A stretch of DNA of 63,834 nucleotides, filler included, from Reticulomyxa filosa (GCA_000512085.1; 14 parts of 14 records of this genome joined end to end with filler, not necessarily neighbours in it); one strand, 5' to 3'. Counted from the first letter of the whole stretch, positions 37,901 through 51,351 are shown. Notes: generated from the sequence alone by a model not told the origin. Numbers and translations are program-made.

Positions 37901-38254
37901 ACACTAAAAGTGGATCAAGCCACTGATGAAATTGCCACTGTTCCAAAAAGACACAATAGGCCAAAGACAAAAGAAAAGAAAAATGAAAAGCAACAGTTCA
38001 CTACAATTATTACCCAAATGAAGTCTATTTTGGAAAATAATGAATTTGATAAGTTACAAACAATCGCAAATACGTTGGTCGAAGCAGTTCAACTTCATTA
38101 TAAAGACACAGAGAGAATATACCCATCAGATGACAATCAGTCCGCTTCAGAGGAGAGCAACCATGCCAACGTTAGTTCTGAAGAAGAAAATAACAGCGAT
38201 TCCGATCCAAGCAAAGAAAAGCAAGAAGTAAATGAGGAAAGTGAACGCGAATGA
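28936..38254 (+). CDS. NIPBL: Cohesin loader Scc2/NIPBL (Nipped-B) with PHD finger, multi-exon; start uncertain
   Basis: 'DLLSVYQFPEWPIAETCL' and 'RAKALKSLLTIVNVDPKIL...KLSDKAITVREAAVDLVGKYV...LLKRIKDAGVSVRKKVIQILQDLC' are hallmark Scc2 cohesin-HEAT motifs. 'QSLVSPIDLVPSIFALMFD' fits the Nipped-B C domain. The 5' exon 'PDLLQQSVPVPTP' (~29230) resembles the Scc2 N-terminus. Confidence 0.92.
33397..33640 (+). repeat. Duplicated (CGTGGT/CGAGGA)n RG-repeat blocks flanking a poly-Asp tract inside NIPBL
   Basis: RGRGRGRGRRRGRGRG occurs twice (33397-33475, 33577-33637) around DDDDDDDNDDDNNDD. Confidence 0.9.
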
Positions 38255-38786
38255 TGTTTTAGAAATAACTTTTTAGCAAACATACGTTTTTTACTGATTA
38301 GTAAAAAAAGAAATTGCACAAGGTCCATCAAAGATGATTACGCAACAAAGCGTCCTTCTCTTCCAAATACGTCTTTTGAGCATTGTTGTGTAGTGATCAT
38401 CGTATTTTCCTTTCTTTGTATCTTTTTTTTCTTTTATTTACTTATTGGTCTGTTTATCTGGGACTTCAATTGACAATATTACGTTTTCTTTTTCACACCA
38501 GCTCAATTATTTCATTCATTACGCTTTAAATATAAATAATTCGATCCAAGAAAACTGCGGTCATTAGAAAGAGTAACCCTTGTTGTCACATTAACCACAT
38601 TTGGATAAAAACAATTTTGAAAAGTTAGAAAATATTATCTTTGTAATGTGACATTACAAAACAAAATTAAAAATTGATGTTATATGCTTTTTTGATAAAG
38701 TTAGTAGGTTTGCTGTGAAAAAAAATGTCATAATGAAAAGAAAGACCAAAGCCGTCACAATAGCACATTGAAAAAAAAATTACATT

Positions 38787-39834
38787 TTATTTTTTACAAA
38801 CACAAAGGGAATCAAAAATTGGCTTAGCAAAAGGAAAGCACAGCAGCATGGTTGTAGCATTGGCACAAAGATCAATAGCGGCCATTGACCAAGTTATTGG
38901 GGTCAAAGCAGGAATCAGAGCACAAGCATATACCATTACGGTAAACAATTCAGAAATCAGAAACAGCTGCAGCAATTTTTTGAGGTAAGATTTTAGCTGT
39001 TGTTCGATCGAGTTCCCTGCGACCTCCTTACTTACCTAACAACAAAAAAAATTTGTCGATTGAGTTATGCCTCCAAAAAAATGTCATAACTCTTACACTC
39101 ACTTTTGTTTTGACACTCCAAAAAAGAGGAAAGGTCAGTTTTTTATTTGTCGACAAAACTTTGTGAATATAATAAATCAAAAACGCGAAAGAAGTGACAT
39201 TCCAAAATAAATGACAAATCACTGTAATTACAAGCATAATCTCTTCAATCTGGTCGGTATTAGAGCACTTACCAGTTTGTACACGTATATTATGCATAAT
39301 GATAGCAGCGCCAAATGTAGCCGCAGGAGCAATTCCAAAAAAAAATTGTTTACATTTTGACAGTTCAAGCACACTACCACGAAGCAAAATGATTGCCCGA
39401 ACTAGATAAAAGGAAAAAAAAACCCCATCCGTAAATACTCTTATATACGATACGTATAATGCGCGCCCACATGCTTTACCAGGCAGGATGCCAAGCCCAA
39501 ACATAAACCTTTCAACACAACTTCCGAAACAGACGATGCAACTGCCAACAATGTATAAAGTTACAATCCATTTTAATTTTCTATCAACATCGTATCTTGG
39601 TAATTTTTCTTCTATAGCTATGCTTACACTAACTTCTTTTTCATCCGTTGGTGAGGATGTTGGAATACTCTTACTCACGTCTGTCTGCAGCCTCAATTTT
39701 TGCCAGTTCCATAAATATTTCCACGTTGTGTACAACAAAAATAGGCAGTACAAAGCAGATACAGTGTTCACAACAATAGTCGTTGTAAACCAACGTATTG
39801 ACGCTAAGCCTGTCCTCCTTGTGTCAAAATACAT
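38787..39834 (-). CDS. Orphan 7TM/GPCR-like membrane protein, 2 exons
   Basis: About seven hydrophobic segments across ORFs 39834-39028 and 38975-38787, with 'FYLVRA' after TM3 and 'AIDLCAN...CFPFAKPIFDSLC' in TM7. Confidence 0.7.
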
Positions 39835-40322
39835 TTTGAATTACACCAAAGAAATTAAGAAAAAACAGCCTGACTAAGTTCGTTCGGACAAAGACCAAAA
39901 AAAGTTTGTTTTTCAAATGATACTGACCAAAATTGTTGCATCAGTTTTTAAACAAATGCATCATACGATGGATAAAACTGATTGCAAAACCAAAAAACTA
40001 TAAATTCACGTAAACATAGCCATCGAGAAATTGTACGTCAGGCACTTGTCCATTTCCAATTCACCCCTTTCATAAATTAATTTGAACTATTTCACCTGGT
40101 GCAAATTTATAAAAAATTGAAAATAGAATGATGTGCGAAAGACAAAATATATGCGAAAGAGAAGGGTGCATAACAACAGCGCAAACTTTTCAAAAGGTAA
40201 CGAAAGTTGACCATTGAAAAAATATAAAAATGAAGGTGATTGTCCACTCAGCACCAAGACACAATCAATTGCTTCATCTTTTTCTCATAAAAAGTGAGTA
40301 TAATAGATCATTAACCAACATT

Positions 40323-42653
40323 TCAGGGATGTTCTTGTCCTTGCTCTTCTTCCAATTGTCGTGCTGACCTCTTAACTTCTCCCAACAATAAGAATTTTTC
40401 GCAGGCCTATTCAAATGTGGAAAAGCAATTATTGTACAAGTTTTGAATTAAAAAAAAAAAAAGGCATACCTCCTGGCGTTCCAAAGCGTCTTTTGTCTCA
40501 ATTGTGACATCAGGAATGAAAAAGCGAACCATGAATTGGAAGAGCAATAACAAGAAGGTGATAACAAAGAAATATATGACCTTGTTTGTGTCAGCAGATG
40601 AAGTGGCATGCCATTTTGCCAAATCAGTTCTCCAAGTTATTATTGCTAAGTTTGAAAACACTGCCACTGTGCTAAATGCACCCAACACTTGTTTCCACAC
40701 ACCAAGTCCTAATATGTTGTGTGATTATTATTAATATATTGCCATGTTGTAAGGAATCACCAAAAAGAGATTTGTATCATTTGTTCCATCGCAATGATTG
40801 TCTTACAATAAAAAAAAAACAAATACCTGAGGCAGCATAAGGGACGCTTCTTCGTGACTGAGTCAATGCATAAAAGTCTAACCGAAATTCGACAAAGTTA
40901 TTGACGACAGCCATGGCGAACATCAATGGGAATACCAATACAAACAGCATGATATATCCATATTGGATAACAATTTCGGCAGTATTATCTAACACTGCAG
41001 GAGCGTCAAGTAAAAGAAGTTGTGTCCACACATCGTCCCACATGGTCTCATTCACTGAAAGTCGTCGATTCAACTCGTGACTGTCTGCAGCTTTGCATTC
41101 GGCGTCTAATCGAGCAATTTCTTCTGTAGACAATTCGGTGTCATGTTTGGACTCATTTTCCATTTCAATTTGTTTTTTATTGTCTGACTCTTGTGTCTGC
41201 GCTACTTCATCTATTTTCACTATCTTTTCAGATAATTTTGCTCCGGATGATTGCATTACTTTTTTTTTTTTTTTTTTTTGTTTGGTTTTATTCATTTTTA
41301 TTTATTTATTTATCTCAATACAATTTCAAAAAATTCAGACAAATAAATAAACAACTTACATAGCTGTTCAGTGTCAGATTTTTTGCTTCGTCGAAGCCAT
41401 GTGAATACAAATCTATTTAACACATGTCATACATAAAAAATAAATAAATAAATAAGATAAAAATGAACAGCAATAAAATAATAACAACAATTATAACGAT
41501 GACAATCATAAGAGATACGAAACATCATAATTTTGGGGACAAACACTTCCATGGCGTTTTGAATAAAAATCATTGATAAAAATAGCGTAACCAATTGAAT
41601 CCTCACAGCGTTTAAGCACTCGTGGTTACTTGAAAAGTCTTGGATAAAGGCCAAGTAAAATAAAGAGTTGAACGAGTTGACAACAAAGAAAAACACACGT
41701 TTGACCACCAAATGGTTATACCATTCTTCTTGCAACCGATGACCTTCTTTTTCATTTAGCCAAAATGCTAAATACACGTATATGTAATTGAATATCTAAT
41801 ATTTATTTTTTTTTTTCATCACAACACGACAACAGCCATTAGCAATAATAAGAATATTAAAAAAAAAAAAAGAGCAGCTAATGATGATAACAATAAATAA
41901 ATAAATAAATGAATAAACAAACAACAAACTGTAATTTGTACGGCATTAAGTATGCCGATAAGAATAGATACTTCATTGTTGCTAGTTTGTTTTTTCAAAG
42001 TCCAGATTCCAACGACCGCGGCAATGACACAAGCGAGACAACACACGATACCGGACATTGACGCCATAATTTTGACTACGTACCAAACGTGAGAAGACAT
42101 GACTTCGATTATTTCTCCGGTTATTTTGGAGATTTCCAAGGTTCCTTCGAAATTTGGTCTGGGTACCTCCGTTTCGGCATATCTCATCATGCCCCATTGA
42201 AAACGCAGCGCGTTTTCGCGTCGGTACCACATTTCGATCGTGGCAGTGGACCAAAATAATGCGGCGATTACCAAGACTGTCAATGATTGTATACCAATGT
42301 TTTTTTTTTTTTTTTCTTTATTTAAAAAAAAAAAAAAAAATTGTACCTAACGATCCTGGAACATCAATTTGTCCAACAGAGACTTGAACAATGAAAAAAA
42401 TGATTCCAAATGGGACCGCATAAAACAAGCATCTTTGGTAATGAAGTAAAAAGGCAAAATAGAAAGCCGTCATCTCTCCGTAATAGTCACGAATTTCTTG
42501 CACAGTCCGTTCTTCTGATTCTGGTGTTGGTTTAAGTACATCCACCATTTGCAATTTTGGGCGAGCGTTGATAGGATCATTCAACGCAAATAAACCTATT
42601 AATGGATGAGACGTGTCGGCCAACATTGCATCAATATTGAATCCACATCCACC

Positions 42654-42657
<4 letters not shown>
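40323..42657 (-). CDS. Anoctamin/TMEM16 family (scramblase-like), multi-exon, 5' truncated
   Basis: Motifs 'IRDYYGEMTAFYFAFL', 'WSTATIEMWYRRE', 'EKEGHR..EEWYNHLVVKR.FFF.VNSFNSLFYLAF' and 'AEIVIQYGYIMLF...FPL..AVVNNFVEFRLD'. Confidence 0.93.
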
Positions 42658-42694
<37 letters not shown>

Positions 42695-42939
42695 NNNNNN
42701 NNNNNNNNNNNNNNNNNNNNNNNNNNNNNNNNNNNNNNTTAATTAATTAANNNNNNNNNNNNNNNNNNNNNNNNNNNNNNNNNNNNNNNNNNNNTTTTTA
42801 ATACTAGCAAGAATCTTTAACTGTCCTAAGAATTTTCAAAAAATGAAAAAAAATATTAACGATTTTTGTATGATTTACTACATTTTTATTAAAAATCAAA
42901 GGTACTTTTAGATTCTCCACGACGTCGAGATATCATTTT

Positions 42940-43042
42940 TTAAAAAAATTTTGAAAAAACGTTAATTTTTCGTTAAAAAAATTGTAAATATTTATAATGG
43001 TGTATTTTAGGGGGGGTCTTTTTTTTTGCAGTCGATTGTGTA
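42940..43042. mobile_element. Probable Tc1-like terminal inverted repeat remnant
   Basis: Ends in ...TTTTTTGCAGTCGATTGTG|TA, similar to the Tc1 end at 3380-3407. Confidence 0.45.
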
Positions 43043-43489
43043 AAGCGCTTTATAAAAATCAATAAACTGTAACAATGAAAAATGATCTGTAATACAGAAA
43101 AATACATCATCGAATTAATCAAAAAATTGTTCTTTGTCCTAATTTATAAAATGCGATACTGCAAAAGATAAATAATAAATTATATAGCGATTGTGAAATG
43201 AAAGTATCATAAACAACTGCGACAATAGTGCATAAAAGAAATAGTTCAACTGAAGTAACTAAGAAGAAAAAGACATATTTGGAATATAACCATATCAACG
43301 ATATTCTAGAATTTATATTGTGATAATTTGAAAAAAGTAATATTTCTGATTAAACAAAGATTATCTTGAGTTGATATTGTTAAATTAAATACATTTGAAA
43401 AAAACTAAATCAATACTTAGTATATATTGTATAATCAAAGTGTCAATGTACTATTGAAAAATTTGAAAAACATATTAAAATATTGATAT

Positions 43490-43732
43490 TCAGTTACGTC
43501 AAGCACTAGAGCCAATAGCAAGAAGAACCGAAGTAATAATTAATGCCAGATGAAGACTGACAAAATGAAAAAAATACAAAAAATTTTAAAGTAAAATTCA
43601 ATTTTTCAAAAAAATTCAATCAATTTAAATGAATTTTTTAAAAACTACAAGATTTGTAGATTTAAAAAAAATTAGGTTTAAATATTTATTCATTGAGGAA
43701 ATTAGATTGCCAGTTTTTTTGTAATCTATGTA
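43490..43732 (+). mobile_element. Tc1/mariner remnant: transposase C-terminus plus 3' TIR
   Basis: 'QLRQALEPIARRTEVIINAR*RLTK' resembles the Tc1 C-terminus 'SMPRR..AVI.AKGG.TKY'. 43640-43732 aligns with 3280-3407 (AAAACTACAA..TAGGTTTAAAT..TTGC(C)AGTTTTTTTG(C/T)AATCTA(C)TG|TA). Confidence 0.65.
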
Positions 43733-44256
43733 CAATTTCAAAACAAAAAGTTTGTAACAATATTTTTTGTACCCAAACGAGTGATTACATTTTGTAGGAC
43801 TTAAATACAATTTCAAGACATAGCTTATTCTTTTTGATGCTACATAATTAATAAATAAGTTACTACACACAAGCACGTTGTCACCAATAAGAAAGATATA
43901 TGTGTTCAAACCGACATTGCTATTATCTCGAATTATTAGTAAAGTACACCTCTTGTTTGAGAGATTGAAAATAGATATCACGTGCGAGCAATAGGACCAA
44001 AAAAGTTGGTATTATACAGATTAAGAAAAGTGGACCCTGGAGAGTATGCAAAGAGATCATAGGAATAGCTTCTAAATTAGCAAAAATTGATTTGTATGGC
44101 AAAAAGAACAAATAATTGTGCTGTCAAAGCTGGCATAGGCCAGAATTACCATAGTAGAACTTGACAAGTTATAAATTGTCCCTCTATTTTCGTGATTGGA
44201 AAAAGCACAGCCGCCCACTCCTAAATACGTTAAGTTGCAGAAGGGAAGAGAAAGAT

Positions 44257-45281
44257 TTATTTTTTGGACTCGGAAGTGCCAGCTTTATCACCCTCTGCTG
44301 GTGAGTCTTTATTAACAAAAGCACTTAAATCTATCTCTTGTCCAGCAGAATCAGTGGACTTCAAAGTTTCTTGGACTTGTTGAAACACTTGCATAGGAAC
44401 CACCAAAGTAGTTTGATTTTTCTCTTTGGCAATTCTCTCTAAAGTCTGCAATCTTCTGAGTTCCACAGCGACGGGATTGTTTCTCAATATCTTGGCAGCT
44501 TCTGCTAATTTCACCGCGGCCTGATATTCTCCGTCAGCACGAATCATGGCTGCCATCTTTTCTCGCGTGGCCTCTGCCTCTTTTGCCATTGCGCGGACCA
44601 TATTTTCATTTGTCAAATCGATATTTTTCAGCTGAAAACAAAGCAAAAGGGGCCAGCCACATTTCCTAAGTCATTCGCAACACAACACACGAGCAGTAAA
44701 AAAAACCTGAATATGTTCAACAATGACGCCCCAATCGGCGCATCTGGATTCGACTTTTTGAGTAATAATCTTGGAATACTCGTCTCGATTTTCCAAAATG
44801 TCATTAAACTCTTTCTGACACAGCAAGTCTCGCAGCTCAGTTTGTGCCAATTGGTGGATACCTTTTTCAAATCAGACACGCACTCACGTATTAGTCACAA
44901 ATGTGCGATGCATAAACAAAGAACACAGAACAAGTGGACACCTTGATCGACATCTGTCACTCGCAATACTGCCTTTTCGGCGTTTTCAATGTGATAGTAA
45001 ATCACAGCGGTAACTGACGACGACACATTGTCTTTCGTTATTATATGCTGCGGAAGCAATTCGTGCACTCTTGTTCGCAGATCCACTTTGTACATTGACT
45101 GGATAATTGGGAAATACAAACGAAAGCCCGGCTCTTTCACGCTCGTCAGTTTTCCAAACGTTAGTGTCACTGCCCGTTGGTATTGCTGCACGAACGTGTA
45201 AAAACTTCGTTTCCCGCTCAATGAAACCGCCAGGCCTACTTTCGAAGAAGGCAAACGAGAAATACGTGAAGAGAAAGACAT
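44257..45281 (-). CDS. Stomatin/SPFH (band 7) domain protein, 3 exons
   Basis: 'VQQYQRAV..TFGKL..VKEPG...FPII...KVDLRT...ITKDNVS..V.AVIYY' and 'RAMAKEAEA.REK.A..I.ADGEYQAA..L.EAA.IL..NP.A.ELR.LQTL..IA'. Confidence 0.93.
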
Positions 45282-45554
45282 TTTATTATCACTGGAGAAT
45301 GGGATTTAATATTTATAACAAATTTTTCAAAAAAAAAAAGAACTTTTTTGTTCTTCAGTGTTTCTTTCTACTGTATTTCTGAATAGACTTGCAATATATT
45401 AAGATCAACCTGATATTTAGTAAAAGATCTTAAAATGAAGACAAAGTATTGAGTTTACACAATTTAAAAATGCATCCTTACAATCACAAAAAAAATGAAA
45501 ATGTCCAAATAAGTGCAAAGAGCATCGAAAAGGTAAAAAAACAGAAAAACCAAA

Positions 45555-46511
45555 CTAGGCATATCTGCCAAGTGACCGTATACACACTTTGCACAAGTGC
45601 TGATAAACCGAGTCCCCAAAGGAAAAGACACACAGCATACACATGCTACTGACAAAACCATCGACAGACATGAGAATGACACCATTGGAAAAGGACAGCA
45701 CGGCGACCAAAAAGGTGACAAAGGTGCTGACAACGGCACACAAGGCGACAATGAAAGATCTTTGAAAGGGAAGCCACTGTTCGAACGTGATCTTCTTCTT
45801 GGCAGTCTTTGCGGAGCTATTGTTTTCATTGGGAGAAGCGGCGGTGTTAGCGAATTGCTGTTGCAGACTGTAATGTGCATGTTTGCCGATAATTTGATAC
45901 ATGCGATAGATGTACTGTGATGACAACAACACAAGAAAGGTGGGCATGACAATCGCGCCCAGAATGATCATGGCGTTGACCATATTTCGGTTGAATCGAC
46001 CACACAGAAAATAAGAGGAATGCGAGTCGTTGGTGGACTTGGTCCACACAAAGTCAATGCTCTTCAGAGGCAGCGAACACACTTTGTGCGGTGAACTGTC
46101 GCCATTGATCGCTCCTGCCAAAATGAACGCGCCCTCGCACACAATCAGAAAGAGCTGGAATCCCATAAATAAGTATTGATACAACGGCCTTATGGCCAAC
46201 ACTGTGTTATTGAACACGTGACACAAGCGAAAAAACCAGAATAAGTTAATGCTAGTATAAAATATGACTGGACAAAATAACAACAACGCACTCCAATAAC
46301 ACATCCAGTCGTTTTTTGCGACCGTGTCTTTGCGTGTCACCAAATATATCAATGTTATAAACAATGAAAGCACAAAGCCAAAGTAAAATACATGAAAAGA
46401 GACAAACGGAAGTCGGACATTTGAGATTGACAGAAAAGGAGTCGATGTTCTTCGTGATTTCAAATAGACTCCAAGCAAATACAACAATGTTATTGACTCA
46501 AGTGCTAACAT
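45555..46511 (-). CDS. Orphan 7TM/GPCR-like membrane protein
   Basis: 318-aa ORF with ~7 hydrophobic helices, 'FWFFRL..VF' after TM3 and 'SVDGFVSS...FSFGDSVYQHLC' in TM7. Confidence 0.75.
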   Translation of the reverse strand: MLALESITLLYLLGVYLKSRRTSTPFLSISNVRLPFVSFHVFYFGFVLSLFITLIYLVTRKDTVAKNDWMCYWSALLLFCPVIFYTSINLFWFFRLCHVFNNTVLAIRPLYQYLFMGFQLFLIVCEGAFILAGAINGDSSPHKVCSLPLKSIDFVWTKSTNDSHSSYFLCGRFNRNMVNAMIILGAIVMPTFLVLLSSQYIYRMYQIIGKHAHYSLQQQFANTAASPNENNSSAKTAKKKITFEQWLPFQRSFIVALCAVVSTFVTFLVAVLSFSNGVILMSVDGFVSSMCMLCVFSFGDSVYQHLCKVCIRSLGRYA

Positions 46512-47276
46512 TATCCCAATTACTATTGTCTATTTTTACACACAAATTTACGCTGTGTTTTACATTACGCTTTTAAAAAAAGCACTCCTTTCACGAAATT
46601 CAATGTTTTCTCATCTCCTCTCAAAACCTTCTTTTATTTTTGTAAGGCTAGACTTTCGTTGGAAAGTAAGTTCGTTCCATTTCCTTTCACTTAGAAACAA
46701 TACAAATAAAAGTGCACGCTCTAACCCCGGTGCCCATCAGCGTTGGATAGCCATCAATTGAAAATCCTTGGCAAATTTCCATCATATTCAATCTTAGTCA
46801 ATCGCTGGGCACAACACAAAAAAAATCTGTCACCATCGAGCAATGTTTTTTAAATATGTGTTTAGTTTGATTATTTTTTTCTCTGACCGACAAAATGGCA
46901 TCAAATATTTAGTAATCTGTTATTTAATTTCGCTTGTAAAAAAAAAATCAGTTTTGCATGGAACAGTACACTAGACGTGAACATTCAACACAATTGCAAT
47001 TGAATTTTGAATTACACAACAACTTAACTGATACATAAACAAAAACCTTTTTTTGTTATCTACAAGAATATGATGATGTTTGCGAAGTATTGATTTCTCC
47101 CTTCTGACAGTCACAAAAAAATAAGTGCTAAAAAAAAACAACTTAAATTCAAATTAAGATATTTGGATATTTTGATAATGCATTGCTGCCCTGCGTAAAA
47201 TAAGAAACAAAAAAGAAAAAAAGAGTTCCAAAGACAATTTCGAATTAATAATTATTTTTCTCTTGACAAAAATGAA

Positions 47277-48472
47277 TTAATCTTCGTGAGGAAAATCATG
47301 ATCATTGTCGGAGAACGATAAACTTTGACTCTTGCTTCTGGTACTAGCATGATCATCATCCGATTTTTCAGAGACTTTCCTCGAGTTCAAGCGATTATAT
47401 TTTTTCCTTTTTGACTTTTGTTTCAATTGGAGTGATAGACAATCGAGAATGTGTTCGGTGTCACAGTATTTTTTAAGTAAAGCCATTCGATTTTCGACAA
47501 ACAACGGTTTGTTTTTTGAATGTCGTCCTTGATTTTGTCGGTGATGTCCTTTAAATAGAACTCGGTTAAATTGTGAGAGGTGATTATACCGGCGACCTCG
47601 TTGAAGTCATTTAGCACACATAAATGTCGCAGTCCCATTTGTCGAAAGAGCTGATAGCAGCGTAGCACGGGCGTGTTTTCTTTGACGGTGAAGGGAGACA
47701 AATGAATATATGGACTAAAGTCCATGTAGAAAGGGTTTTTGAAAGATTCATATTTCAGTCCAGTGGTGCGATCGATTAATAATTGGTCCTTCCTTTGGAT
47801 ATTGCGTAGAGCCTCATCTTTGTTGATAATGTCCTGCAAATCAATGGTTTTGAAGTGTTCGTCATTCAAATATCTTTGTTTGAGCAATCGCAAGCGACTG
47901 AGTTCGTGTATTTTCCCGTATTTTTTCATGGCCAACATTACGTAAATGTGTTGTCTCGTGATCAGACCAATGAACTTCCCGCCTTGATTCTCCTCCTTGC
48001 CAGGTACGCCAATACCGGCAAAGTCATTTGCGATGGTGGATCCAAACTTGGACTTTTTGTCCGTCTCCATTTCGATTATCTCTTGTTTGACCTCGTCTTT
48101 TCGACTGGCCTCCCTTTCCATCTCCGTGAAACGACCGAAGGCGAACACAGAGGGGTTGTTAGTGGTGACGACCCTCGGACTGATGGGACTCAGTCGCAAA
48201 GCCTTGCCTTTTGTCGCGTTGGTCCGCGGAGACATGGTCACCGGAACAGGACTCATTCCCTGAATCGTGTCGCGCTTGTGTTCGACATTTGTCCCCGTGG
48301 ACAGAGTCATGTCGCAAGTCACAATGGGAAATGCGTTGTGAAAGTGATTGGGATCGCTCAATATGTGTAGCACATCCCTAACTGAGGCGACAATTGGTAG
48401 CGTTGTCACCGGTGACGTCATTATGTCTTTGCAAACAATGAATGAAGGAAACCACTTTGTTTGCAATTCCAA
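47277..48472 (-). CDS. CLC chloride channel/antiporter C-terminal region (two CBS domains), 5' truncated; frameshift near 47490
   Basis: CBS1 'CKDIMTSPVTTL...HNAFPIV...FIGLITRQH' and CBS2 'MDFSPYIHLSPFTV.ENTP..RCYQLFRQMGLRHLCV...EVAGIIT', typical of CLC-6/7-type proteins. Confidence 0.85.
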
Positions 48473-48759
48473 ACATTACACAACCCAATTTCTTTTTTTG
48501 TTTCATGTCATCCTTTTTACATTTAATTTGTGTGTGCTGTGTGTGCTGTGTGTGTGTGNNNNNNNNNNNNNNNNNNNNNNNNNNNNNNNNNNNNNNNNNN
48601 NNTTAATTAATTAANNNNNNNNNNNNNNNNNNNNNNNNNNNNNNNNNNNNNNNNNNNNAGGAAAATAGTCAACGATTGTGTGCGTGCGCATATGCGCAAC
48701 TTCAAATTTTGAATAATGTGTATGCTAATAGTGTGGGCTCGCGAGAGGAACAAAAAGAG

Positions 48760-50250
48760 TTTGTTTGATAAACGCAACTCTTGCAGCAACAAACCATCTT
48801 TGCTGAAATGTCTCCAGGATCGCCTATGGACTAACAGACGACTTATTGGGTTAGAGCAATGAAAGGCGAGTGCTTTGAATTGGAAATCGAATATTGAAGT
48901 TCGTCGTATTCAACAAGCAAGTTGAACCATCCAACGCAAGAAAGAATAATAATAACGGACACATCCGATAATGAAGAAAAAAATAAAAATGGCATCCTCA
49001 CTACTTGGACATACAGTCCAAAAGTTATCGAACGCATTGGATAATGGTTATTGAAAATTCTCAGCATTCATTAACATGAGTATAAAGTGTGGTCCCTTCA
49101 TTACAATAGCGGCAACAGCAACAATAGTGGATAAACTTCGGCTTTTGAAGATGATGGCATTGGAACAATCGAACAAAATTATCACTGCCAAATCGCGGGA
49201 CAACCTGTATCTTGTTGGCGCTGCCGACTACGAAAACAAGATTGCCAAGACAAAAAAAAAAAAGATGTCGTATATCGTTTCAATTTTGCACGATATTATC
49301 ACATTCTACGGTATCACAAAGGCAGCAACAAGACCCTGGATTGATTGAAGAAGTGGAAAAAAAACAAAGAAAAGGGCTTGGGTGTTGTATATAAAATACT
49401 CGCACATGGTGGTCAAGTGAAGTCACTATATCATTGAACTAGTCTTTCGATGACGTAGTTTAATTTGGCAGAGGAGTTGTGTGAATAACAAATCAAGATC
49501 GCCAGCAAACAAGGAGAATAGGATGACACAATGAATGGAAGAAAGAGTATTCGGATGCCATACTGCGTTGGATTTTTTTTTTTTAAAAAAAGACAATCGA
49601 CCGAGTTGACTGAATTTTGGTTATCTGGAGCCATTCGCGAATGGTGGCTTTGCGCATTCTTCGACATGGACGAAATTCACATAGTGCGCCTCCTGCCACC
49701 CTCCTCCAATGAAGCTACTGGTGATAGTATTGACAATACCAAGCGCATTACCAATGGAAGCAATGATGACACGCGGTCCATGTCTTTTTATTTTATTATG
49801 CAACTGTCTCAAGACGTTGGACTGATGTTGTGTGCTCGCTGCTTTATTCCAGAGACTTTGATTTGGTACTGAGACGCTTTTATGAACAACAGTATCGTGA
49901 CAGCCGATAATTGGATCGATGATTCAAACGTCTTGCAATTATTTGGCTAATCAATGCAAAAGCTTAGATATTGGCAATGTGTGTTGGCGGCAATGGGCCC
50001 CTGTTAGGTGGGTACGTGCACAATATTTTGTGTCGCAGATCGAGCCCCTTCTCTCTCTCTCAAAAACGTCGCCGTGGTCACGAAACTGTTCGGTTACCAA
50101 AAGCCGAATCATTTGTATTCGAAAAGTGGAAGGGTCTGTCATTGACAAGACATCCACTCAAAAAATGGTAGCTCTAGAGGATAAGAGCATTTCAATGATA
50201 TCAGCTTCCTCCAAGTCCGTTCAGTCGCTCAAAATAATGGATACTTGATG
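48760..50250 (+). pseudogene. Decayed coding-like sequence of unknown family
   Basis: Raised GC and co-oriented ORF fragments interrupted by many stops. No family recognised. Confidence 0.3.
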
Positions 50251-51351
50251 GAGGCATTGTCGTTGAAATCAAAGTGCGCATTTGGACACAAGAATCAAAG
50301 AGTCGCTGTTATTCTGTTGTCATTTGTGCGCATATCCTCTTTCCTGCTACCTCATGCTATAGTCATACTTTGATCCATTGCTTGAAAAGGTTTTTTATGT
50401 ACATATCCGACATAATATCTTTATACGTACATTTGACTATTTGTTTATGTGTATGTGATATGTGTTCTTGAAATTTATGAATAGTTATTAAAGGTATACA
50501 AATGGAGTGTACTACGTGAAGTTGGATTGCAGATGAACAAATTGTTGTTGCTTGCATTGTCATTGATGCTGCAGTGATCGCCAGCAAAATAGCAGTAGTG
50601 ATAGCGCAATGGCAATAATAGCAGCAGTATCGACTGATGTTGTCGCCATTTTTATTATTTTCATGTACTGCAACAACATAGTCGAATTGTTGCTGACGGA
50701 ATCCAATATGTTGAATGAAGAAGCTCATTATTGGTTGAAAGAAAATCAATCGATTTGAAAGTGGTGGGCTGATTTTATCGTGTTAAATGCGCAACCTATG
50801 TTCCAAGTTATAATTTTTTTTTTTTTTTATAATGTGATTGAAACATGTAATGTATAATCAACACACACACGTATATAACATAGATCTTCCAAGAATCAAA
50901 TATCTGTCTGATCGAGTAATTGGAAAGTGTTGGTTGTGCGGTGCCAGCGAGCAAGGGTGAATTGAAGACAAACAATGTCAAATTTGTTGCATTGCAAGTA
51001 TTTGATGCTTGCCTCAAATTTTTTTTGTTTTTTGCTCAATTGTTGCTTCTTTTGATTTTTTAAAAATAATTTAGTCCTTCTCCAGATTATCTGACATCCT
51101 CCTCATCAAAGTATATTCATAGCAAAATATTTCTGAATTGTAATATTTTGAAAATCCAAGCCAAAAATATGTAAATATGTCAATTTGGTTCACTTGTGTC
51201 TTTGAAAAAAATTGATAACTGCATGTTGCAATATGCAATCAACTGATTTATAGCCGGCGCTAAAAAAAAATAATAATAACATTATATAATTCATTCATAT
51301 GGCGATTTAAAATTAATCGTTTTTATTTATTAAAAAAAGCGATATGAAGTT

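Noticed and set aside
49076-49348. RNA-dependent RNA polymerase fragment ('NLYLVGAADYENKI')
   Set aside because: No DLDGD catalytic motif or other RdRP blocks were found downstream.
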